Shown: in pieces, positions 57,080 to 64,000 of the stretch
Layout: the number at the start of each line of letters is the position of its first letter
Position numbering within the stretch: position 1 is the first letter of the stretch
Source of the DNA: Myxococcota bacterium
GTDB taxonomy: Bacteria; Myxococcota_A; SURF-8
Direction of reading: 5' to 3'
Assembly (NCBI GenBank): GCA_965140415.1
Contig: OZ223209.1
Coordinates: forward strand, 1,728,001-1,792,000
Length of the DNA: 64,000 nucleotides
Made by a program: the position numbers and the translations under genes
Notes under the pieces: model-generated
The model's input: the letters and a program-made list of their open reading frames with translations, nothing else
Told to the model about the DNA's origin: nothing
Databases searched by the model: none

Positions 57080-57748
57080 ATGATGATTGTCTGCATTGAT
57101 GGCCCAGCCGGTTCCGGGAAATCCACTATAAGTCGTTTGGTGGCCGAACGGGCGGGGTTCGTCCATTTGGATACAGGTGCAATTTACCGTTCCATCGCTT
57201 ACATCGCTAACGTGCAGAGCATCGACTGGAACGACTCGGATTCTCTAACGAAATTGGCCGAAAAACTGGATTTGCGTTTCGAATCGACTCCCAAAGGTCA
57301 GCGCGTATTGGCCAATGGAGAAGATGTCAGCGAGCAAATCCGTTCGCCGCAAATCAGTCAGGGCGCGTCGATGGTTAGTCGTCACCCTGAATTGCGGAGA
57401 CAGTTGCTGGACTTGCAGCGCAACATGGCAGCGCGTCAGTCTCTGGTTGCGGAAGGCCGGGATACGGGAACGGTTGTTTTTCCGAATGCGGAACTCAAAA
57501 TATACCTGGATGCCAGTCTGAAGGAACGCGCACGTCGCCGCATGGGAGATTTTATCGCACGCGGTGAAACGATTGCGTTGGAGCAGGTCGAGCAGGATGT
57601 CGCCGCCCGTGACCGCGCCGATAGCGAACGTGAGGTTGCACCTCTTACAGCCGCGGCGGACGCCGTTATCCTGGACACCACCAATCTCACGCCCGAGCAG
57701 GTGGTGGAAAACATTCTTGGGCGCATAAGGGGAACCCGTGCCGATTAA
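57080..57748 (+). CDS. cmk: cytidylate kinase
   Basis: IDGPAGSGKST, LDTGAIYR, EGRDTGTVVFP, RDRADSEREVAPL. Confidence 0.97.
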   Translation: MMIVCIDGPAGSGKSTISRLVAERAGFVHLDTGAIYRSIAYIANVQSIDWNDSDSLTKLAEKLDLRFESTPKGQRVLANGEDVSEQIRSPQISQGASMVSRHPELRRQLLDLQRNMAARQSLVAEGRDTGTVVFPNAELKIYLDASLKERARRRMGDFIARGETIALEQVEQDVAARDRADSEREVAPLTAAADAVILDTTNLTPEQVVENILGRIRGTRAD

Positions 57749-58295
57749 ACCTTTTTCATTCGAGTGCACCCAATGCGGCTTGTGTTGTAGTTGGGGAGGT
57801 TGGGTTTGCCTGGACCCGCGCGATGTGTTTCGTCTGGCCAACTATTTGAACGTGACAGTGCAACAGTTTGCCGACCGTTACACGGATCATATTGCGGTGG
57901 AATATCGAAACAACGAAGAACTCGTGATCGTTCCATATCTTGCGCTTAAATCAGTTGATAACAACTGTGTTTTTCTGAAAGACAAGCTCTGTTCGGTACA
58001 TGATGTCAAACCGATTCACTGCGAGCAATCCCCGCTATTGGCCGAGTTTTTGTTGGACGAGGAAGGTTGGGAGAAGTTCAGCGAGATGTGCGAAGGTGTC
58101 GGCAAAGGTTCCGTCATTACCCGCCCGGAAATCGATCATGCCTTGCGTATGCAGGCCGAGCGCGACATGGAATACGAGCGTAAGCTTGAGGAAGTCGATT
58201 GGAACCTGGGTCGTTTACTGGGAATCGACTTGCCGGAGCCACAGGTCATTCCGGATCTAGGGGTGGAAATCGAAATCGAGGACGACGGGGAATGA
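57738..58295 (+). CDS. YkgJ family cysteine-cluster protein
   Basis: FECTQCGLCC, CVFL, CSVHDVKPIHC, CEGVG. Confidence 0.85.
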   Translation: MPIKPFSFECTQCGLCCSWGGWVCLDPRDVFRLANYLNVTVQQFADRYTDHIAVEYRNNEELVIVPYLALKSVDNNCVFLKDKLCSVHDVKPIHCEQSPLLAEFLLDEEGWEKFSEMCEGVGKGSVITRPEIDHALRMQAERDMEYERKLEEVDWNLGRLLGIDLPEPQVIPDLGVEIEIEDDGE

Positions 58296-58368
58296 ATCTC
58301 GAATAGAGAGGCTTGCAGAGGTTCTTTTTTCATAGAAAAAAAGTCTTACCAACACTGGTTTGAAATAC

Positions 58369-58397
58369 TTGACGTTCAAGATTCCGTTCGTTAGGAT
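58369..58397 (+). promoter_or_regulatory. sigma70 promoter of the putative 6S RNA
   Basis: TTGACG-N17-TAGGAT; predicted start ~58404. Confidence 0.65.
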
Positions 58398-58403
58398 AAG
58401 GGT

Positions 58404-58577
58404 AGCCTGCCTGGCTCGTGATGGGTAGTGGAACGATTGGTCCAGTACTTTACAGCCCGGGATCGGCTTCTTTGGCATGGAGTGCAAACCCTTCGATGGG
58501 GAGCCAGAAGTGCCATAGCTGGACCCACGTTTAAAAACGAGGGCTAATGTTTACTTCCCACACGGCTAAGGCGGGTT
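58404..58577 (+). ncRNA. ssrS: probable 6S RNA
   Basis: ~175-nt rod. Closing stem GCCTGCCT.GGC.CGTG.TGGGTAGTGGAAC pairs with GTTTACTTCCCA.CACG.GCT.AGGCGGGT; central bubble; inner stem GGGATCGGCT/AGCTGGACCC followed by a small 3'-bubble hairpin CGTTT/AAACG; begins right after a sigma70 promoter. Confidence 0.7.
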
Positions 58578-58674
58578 TGTTTTATTTTCCAACAGATATC
58601 GGTATTCTAAGATAACCCGATAGTTGATTTTACGAATTCCTTTCAGCTTGCAAAGGACATGGAGGAGGAGAAAG

Positions 58675-59937
58675 ATGGCTAAGGCGAAGTTTAAAGTAGC
58701 GAACCTGAAACTGGCGGAGCAGGGGTTCAAAAAACTGGAATGGGCGGAATCCCGTATGCCGGTGATGGCATCGTTACGCAAACAATACTCTAAAAGCAAA
58801 CCTCTAAAGGGTATGCGGATCGCCGGATGCCTGCATGTAACCAAAGAGACGGCGATTTTGATGCGCACCTTGAAAGCCGCTGGTGCGGATATTTCCTGGT
58901 CCGGCTGCAATCCGCTTTCCACCCAGGACGATGTCGCGGCGGCATTGGCCAAAGAGGGCTTCTCGGTTTACGCATGGCACGGTCAGTCGGTTAAAGAATT
59001 CTATTGGAGCATTGACCGCACTTTGGATTTCAAACCCACGCTGACTTTGGATGACGGCGCGGATTTGATTTTCACGATTCACAATCGTTTCCCGAAGCTG
59101 GCCGAGCAAGTGCTGGGCGGCACGGAAGAAACCACAACCGGCGTGCATCGTCTGCGCGCGATGGGCAAAGCAGGAAAACTGCTTTATCCGGTAGTCGCCG
59201 TCAACGATGCGAAAACCAAATGGGAATTCGATAACGTTTACGGTACCGGCCAATCCAGCATCGACGGCATTATCCGCGCTACCAACATCCTGCTGGCGGG
59301 TAAGGTTTTTGTCGTAGCCGGTTACGGTCATTGCGGTCGTGGTTGTGCCATGCGCGCCAAAGGGCTGGGTGCCTCCGTCATCGTGACTGAAGTCGATCCG
59401 ATCGAAGCGCTTAAGGCCACACTGGAAGGCTTCCGCGTAATGAAAATGGATCAGGCTGCCAAACTCGGCGATATCTTCATCACTGCTACAGGTATGAAAG
59501 ACGTAATCGTAAAACGTCACTTCCAGAGCATGAAGGAAGGCGCTGTAATCAGTAACACCGGTCACTACGACTGCGAAATCAACATCAAGGAACTGGAGAC
59601 CGTTTCCAAGAGTTCCCGCGAGATCCGTCCCAATAACGAAGAATACACGCTGAAGAACGGCAAGAAAATCTTCGTGTTGGCTCAGGGCCGCTTGGTGAAT
59701 CTGGCCGCTGCCGAGGGACATCCCTCCGAGGTCATGGACATGTCTTTCGCCAACCAGTTCCTGTCCATGGTCTACCTGGCCAAGAACGGTGCGAAACTGG
59801 GTAAAGACGTCCACGAGATTCCCGATGGTCAGGACGAGCGCGTCGCTGGCCTGAAACTGAAGACGATGGGCTTCTCGATCGATAAGCTAACCGCCGATCA
59901 GCTGGCCTATTTGAATGACTATGCAGCTGGAACCTGA
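58675..59937 (+). CDS. ahcY: adenosylhomocysteinase
   Basis: GCLHVTKETA, CNPLSTQD, DDGADL, EETTTGV, FDNVYGTGQS, GRLVNLAAAEGHP; GGAGGAGG RBS. Confidence 0.97.
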   Translation: MAKAKFKVANLKLAEQGFKKLEWAESRMPVMASLRKQYSKSKPLKGMRIAGCLHVTKETAILMRTLKAAGADISWSGCNPLSTQDDVAAALAKEGFSVYAWHGQSVKEFYWSIDRTLDFKPTLTLDDGADLIFTIHNRFPKLAEQVLGGTEETTTGVHRLRAMGKAGKLLYPVVAVNDAKTKWEFDNVYGTGQSSIDGIIRATNILLAGKVFVVAGYGHCGRGCAMRAKGLGASVIVTEVDPIEALKATLEGFRVMKMDQAAKLGDIFITATGMKDVIVKRHFQSMKEGAVISNTGHYDCEINIKELETVSKSSREIRPNNEEYTLKNGKKIFVLAQGRLVNLAAAEGHPSEVMDMSFANQFLSMVYLAKNGAKLGKDVHEIPDGQDERVAGLKLKTMGFSIDKLTADQLAYLNDYAAGT

Positions 59938-59974
59938 TTTGGAAGGCTGTGTAACAAAATCGTAATGTGCATCT

Positions 59975-60010
59975 ACCGGGCCAGGGATTTTCCTGGCCCG
60001 GTTCGTTTTT
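59975..60010 (+). terminator. intrinsic terminator after ahcY
   Basis: accgggccagg-gattt-tcctggcccggt followed by tcgttttt. Confidence 0.65.
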
Positions 60011-60017
60011 AAAAGCC

Positions 60018-62363
60018 ATGGCAGATAAACTGGTCAACACATTGTTTCGGGGGCGGTGGATCATCGTAGCCGTTTGCTTTGTGCTGGCGTTATTGGCGCT
60101 GTGGCAGCTACCGCAGTTGGCTTTCAATTTCTCGTTTCGACAGTTCTTCCCACCCAGCGACCCGGATGTGATCGCCTTTTCTCACTTCACCGAAACCTTC
60201 GAATATGACGATACTGCGGTGGTGATCGCCACCGAATCCGATTCGCTGTTCAGCCCGGAAAAGCTTCTGGCAATCGATCGTTTTACCCAAGCCGCAGAGA
60301 AAATCGATGGTGTGGAGAAAGTTGTTTCCTTAACCAACATTCGCCGTGCTGCGTGGCGCGACGACAGTTTCTTCATGGAACGTGTTTTCGAGAACATGCC
60401 TCCCAGCTCAACGGAACTTGCGGCAGGGCGGGATTATCTGCTCTCCAATGAGCGGATGCTGGGTAGTCTGGTTTCACAGGATGGACGTATCGGGACGATT
60501 TTCATTCAAATCGATCCGGCTCGCAACAACGGAAACGAACAGCGCATCCCGATTCTGAAACAAATCTGGTCGCTAGTAGAAGAGTTGCGTCCGTATTTCG
60601 ACAAGGTCACCGACGGTGGCATTCCGGTTGCACGCAGCCGCTATGCGATTCTGATTCACGATACCACCGTGCAGCAGATTCCAGCCGCACTGGCCGTGAT
60701 TCTGTTGATCTTGGCGCTGACTTTCCGACACTGGATGGGCGTTATTCTACCGTTATCGATTGTTTCGCTTTCCTTGCTCTATACGCTTGGAGTAATGGCA
60801 GCCAGTGGTACGCCGATTAGCGTCATGAGTACATTGCTACCGATTATCGTACTGATTACCGGTATCGCCGATGCTGTTCACTTTTTGACCCGCTACTATG
60901 AGGAACTGAACAATGGTCACGAGAAGACGGAAGCCATTCGTATTACGCTAAAGCATATTTCACTGGCCTGCCTGATCACCAGTATTACCACGGCGGTCGG
61001 TTTTTCCGTTCTGGTATTTACCGATATCGCTATCTTGAAAGAATATGGTTTCTTCGTGGCCTTGGGGGTGATGCTGGCTTACCTGTTGACTATCACCCTG
61101 ATGCCCTCTCTGTTGGCGATTCTGCCTCGCCCAAGTGACAAAGTCGCTGGAAGCTATTTCGCAAAGGGGCCGGGGCGTCTAGTGCCATGGATTCGCGAAA
61201 CAGTCATCCGGCGTCAGAACCTGATGCTGGCGCTTGGTGTGGCATTGGTGCTGCTATCCACCGCAGGTGCACTCTACGTCAACCGCTCGATGCGGCTATT
61301 GGAAGATCTCGACGACAGCCACCCGATCATTCAGGCCGATCGCTACTTCCAGGACTACATGGGTGGCTTGATGCCGTTTGAAATCATGCTGGACGGGCAC
61401 GAAGCCGATGCAATGAAGGAACCGCAGAACCTGGCGTTCATGGATGCGTTAAAGCAGTTTCTGCTGAAACATGATGAAGTCGGGCGGGTTTTATCGGTTG
61501 CTGATTTTCAAAAAGAGATCAACCGGGTGATGCATGAAAACCAGCCCGCCTACGAAATTCTGCCGGATACACGTGAACTGGCCGCGCAGTATTACCTGCT
61601 ATATTCGATGAGCGAAGACGATCCAAACGAAAACTTTCTTTCCAACGACAAACGACTGGGGCGCGTGTCGGCCTGGGTGGCGGATGTGCTTTCCGATCGT
61701 GCCTTTGCGCTCATTCAGCAGACACGGACCTTTTTAGACGAGCACCTGCCATCTTCTTTAAGTGTTAGACTGACCGGCACCTGGCCGGTGGCGCATAAAA
61801 TCAACCGTTATGTCGTTAACCAGATCTTTTTTACCTTCGTATTGGCGTTTGCCGTGATTTTCGTGTTGCTGGCTTTCGAGTTTCGCTCGCTGCGTTTGAG
61901 TTTACTCAGCATGCTTCCTAATGTCTTTCCATTGCTGGTTGTGTTGGGTGTAATGGGAATCGACGGCATCGCGCTCAAGCCATCCAGCGCCGTTACGTTT
62001 TCCATAGCGTTCGGTATTGCGGTGGACGACACCATTCACGTTCTCACCCGCTATCAAAGCGAGTTTCGCCGCGATGCGGATTATGTCGCTGCTCTGCGTC
62101 GCACGTTTGACGGTACGGGCCTTGCGGTAATTACGACAACCGTGATTTTAGTGGGTGGTTTCATCGTGCCGTATGTCACCAGTGACATTCTCTCCAACAA
62201 GAATTTCTCGGTCCTGGCCAATTCCTGTGTGGTTGCCGCTCTGTTTGGCGACTTATGCATTCTTACCGTTCTGATGTTGAAAATCAAACCGCGCTTGAAA
62301 ACCGACGTTGCCGAATCTGATGTGCATCAACCGGAAACGATGGAGTTGAATGGTGCGAAATAG
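60018..62363 (+). CDS. MMPL/RND family exporter
   Basis: Twofold symmetry; GIADAVHFLTRY, TSITTAVGF, GIAVDDTIH. Confidence 0.92.
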   Translation: MADKLVNTLFRGRWIIVAVCFVLALLALWQLPQLAFNFSFRQFFPPSDPDVIAFSHFTETFEYDDTAVVIATESDSLFSPEKLLAIDRFTQAAEKIDGVEKVVSLTNIRRAAWRDDSFFMERVFENMPPSSTELAAGRDYLLSNERMLGSLVSQDGRIGTIFIQIDPARNNGNEQRIPILKQIWSLVEELRPYFDKVTDGGIPVARSRYAILIHDTTVQQIPAALAVILLILALTFRHWMGVILPLSIVSLSLLYTLGVMAASGTPISVMSTLLPIIVLITGIADAVHFLTRYYEELNNGHEKTEAIRITLKHISLACLITSITTAVGFSVLVFTDIAILKEYGFFVALGVMLAYLLTITLMPSLLAILPRPSDKVAGSYFAKGPGRLVPWIRETVIRRQNLMLALGVALVLLSTAGALYVNRSMRLLEDLDDSHPIIQADRYFQDYMGGLMPFEIMLDGHEADAMKEPQNLAFMDALKQFLLKHDEVGRVLSVADFQKEINRVMHENQPAYEILPDTRELAAQYYLLYSMSEDDPNENFLSNDKRLGRVSAWVADVLSDRAFALIQQTRTFLDEHLPSSLSVRLTGTWPVAHKINRYVVNQIFFTFVLAFAVIFVLLAFEFRSLRLSLLSMLPNVFPLLVVLGVMGIDGIALKPSSAVTFSIAFGIAVDDTIHVLTRYQSEFRRDADYVAALRRTFDGTGLAVITTTVILVGGFIVPYVTSDILSNKNFSVLANSCVVAALFGDLCILTVLMLKIKPRLKTDVAESDVHQPETMELNGAK

Positions 62364-62388
62364 TGCGAAATAGTGCGAAGAGGTTACG

Positions 62389-63303
62389 CTATCCTTTTTT
62401 GGTTGGAATAGGCATCTCCAGGTAGGTCAGCACTTTCTTGATATCTTCCCATACCAGGCGTCGCTTTTCATCCAGAGGAGGGCGCAGACAATAGCTGGGA
62501 TGGAAAATCGGCATGGTCGGGATGCCTTCGAAACGGTACCAGGTGCCGTGCACTTTGGTGATTCCGGTCTTTTCGCCGAGCAAATGTCCCATTGGAACGC
62601 GCCCCAGCAGGATGATCACCTTCGGGTTGATGGCGTGTACCTGCTTTTTGATGAAACCGATGCAGGCGCTTACTTCGTCGCGTTCCGGATCGCGATTGTT
62701 AGGCGGGCGGCACTTGACGATATTGCCGATGTACACCTTCTCGCGTGGGATGCCCATTCCCAGTTCGATCCATTTATCCAATAATTTTCCAGCGCGCCCG
62801 ACAAAAGGACGCCCCTGCGCGTCTTCATCTGCACCCGGTCCTTCACCGATAAACATGATCTCGGCATTGGGATCGCCTTCGCCGAACACGATTTTATTGC
62901 GCGTACTGTGAAGTTTGCAGCGTGTACAATCACCCAGTTCCTCTTGAACATCCTGAAGTGTCGGACGTTGCGTGGGAGAAGTCAGCAAAGGTTGTTCTTC
63001 TTCGACGGGTGGCATATCGGAAACGGGAGCTTGTGCTTTGGTCGTTTTCTTGGGCATGGAGACGGCTTCTTTCTTGGATTCAGAGGCGCTTGGGTCATTT
63101 ACGGTCGGAGCGGGATTGGCCTTGCTGGCAGGTGTAGTTACAGTGGTGTCGGCATCCGATTGCTGTGTAAGCTTTTCCTGTTCTGCGATGCGCCGTTTTC
63201 GAAGCAATTCCCAGGGCAAGCCAGGATGTCCCAGCCGTTTCTGCCAATGCAGATAGCTTTCCACCTCCTCGATCAAGGAACGGATGTCGCCATCGCCACT
63301 CAT
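62389..63303 (-). CDS. family-4 uracil-DNA glycosylase with N-terminal extension
   Basis: CTRCKL, GEGPG, GRPFVGRAG, NIVKCRPP, FHPSY. Confidence 0.93.
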   Translation of the reverse strand: MSGDGDIRSLIEEVESYLHWQKRLGHPGLPWELLRKRRIAEQEKLTQQSDADTTVTTPASKANPAPTVNDPSASESKKEAVSMPKKTTKAQAPVSDMPPVEEEQPLLTSPTQRPTLQDVQEELGDCTRCKLHSTRNKIVFGEGDPNAEIMFIGEGPGADEDAQGRPFVGRAGKLLDKWIELGMGIPREKVYIGNIVKCRPPNNRDPERDEVSACIGFIKKQVHAINPKVIILLGRVPMGHLLGEKTGITKVHGTWYRFEGIPTMPIFHPSYCLRPPLDEKRRLVWEDIKKVLTYLEMPIPTKKG

Positions 63304-64000
63304 GCCGATTCATTCTCCTTTTGGGTTTTGGATTCTTTTGCAGCAGTTTCTTTTTCGGCGGCTTTATCTGCGGATGTGCTGGGTTCTTTGGCTGCGGTTT
63401 CTTTTACTTGATCATCGGTTTTCTTTGCAGTCGTCTTTCTGCCGCGTGTTGAAGTACCACGGGTCGAACTGCTGCGTGTCGATGTGCTGCGAGTTGAACT
63501 GCTGCGCGTCGATGTGCTGCGTGTGCGTTTCGCTCGCGCTGCCGGTTTTTTGGCGGGCGCTGCCTTTTCTTCCTCTTTCGATGGTTCCTTGCTTGCGTCC
63601 TTTTCTTTATCGGAAGAGGCCATTTCCTTGGGAGCCGAATCTTTCTTGGCGTTCTTCGAATCCGTTTCCTCTTTTAACTGTTTCGGTTCCGTTTTTTGTT
63701 CTTTGTTCTCAGCGGGTTTTGCTGCCGGCTCAACGCTTTTGGTTTCTTTCTTGTCTTCCACTTTTTGCGGTTGTGGTTCTTTTACTACAGGAGCCTTGTC
63801 CTGTTCAGGCGCTTTGGACGCTTGTTCCTGCTTGATTTCTGTATCCGGTTTCGAATGTTGCAGTGGTCGTTGTTGTATTTGCTGCTGCTGTCGCGGTGGT
63901 TGTTGTTGCGGAGACTGTTGCGCCTGTTGCTGAGGTTGCTTTGATGCCGGTTGCGATTGCTGTGAAGGTGCCGGTGCTGGCTGTGTTTGCTTGTCTGGAG
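63300..64000 (-). CDS. C-terminal low-complexity (Q/P then K/E/S/T-rich) tail of a protein starting beyond the window
   Basis: Hand translation shows the frame of 63300..63761 stays open to 64000 (PDKQTQPAPAPSQQSQP...); the stop overlaps the UDG start (ATGA). Confidence 0.8.
   Translation of the reverse strand, partial: PDKQTQPAPAPSQQSQPASKQPQQQAQQSPQQQPPRQQQQIQQRPLQHSKPDTEIKQEQASKAPEQDKAPVVKEPQPQKVEDKKETKSVEPAAKPAENKEQKTEPKQLKEETDSKNAKKDSAPKEMASSDKEKDASKEPSKEEEKAAPAKKPAARAKRTRSTSTRSSSTRSTSTRSSSTRGTSTRGRKTTAKKTDDQVKETAAKEPSTSADKAAEKETAAKESKTQKENESA
63445..63520 (-). repeat. 15-bp tandem repeat x5 encoding R(S/G)(T/S)ST
   Basis: RSTST RSSST RSTST RSSST RGTST. Confidence 0.8.

Noticed and set aside
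58404-58670. SAH or SAM riboswitch upstream of ahcY
   Set aside because: No GAGGAGCG..CAGGCUC or AUC..GAG..GAU consensus is visible; the rod with central bubble fits 6S better.
632-59814. Long antisense ORFs (e.g. 632..1318, 4651..5562, 21271..22233, 42301..43257, 58804..59814)
   Set aside because: They are shadow frames of well-supported genes with biased codon usage, and they carry no motifs.

Overview
Bacterial chromosomal segment, about 55% GC by eye. Gene content and the many acidic DGD-linker, Cys-rich lipoproteins suggest an uncultured deltaproteobacterial or Myxococcota-like lineage, probably anaerobic or aerotolerant (inference). Positions 1-22 kb are a cell-surface region: tandem paralogous Cys-rich lipoproteins, a lipoprotein cyclophilin, a CsgG/TolB-N-like plus beta-barrel fusion, and a ~3,060-aa secreted mosaic protein ending in a non-catalytic FGE-sulfatase domain, followed by two more Cys-rich lipoproteins. 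Positions 22-34 kb carry a TPR lytic transglycosylase, two convergent 5'-nucleotidases and a 3.5-kb low-GC island. The island holds an AftB-like GT-C gene and a frameshifted HSL esterase, has no integrase, and is bracketed by a 220-bp direct repeat of the 3' end of an SGNH hydrolase gene. Positions 34-45 kb carry a crotonase, a DUF4159 plus vWA/GATase-like pair, a CopC-like/MsrP-like lipoprotein, rubredoxin (absent from the ORF track), rubrerythrin, an orphan glycyl-radical enzyme and a 162-bp palindromic element. Positions 45-64 kb are mostly housekeeping: recJ, dapF, GT4, GT9, an ABC pair, a secreted novel-repeat protein, a peroxiredoxin, cmk, a probable 6S RNA, ahcY, an MMPL exporter and a family-4 UDG. 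I saw no CRISPR array, tRNA, rRNA, transposase, integrase or reverse transcriptase.
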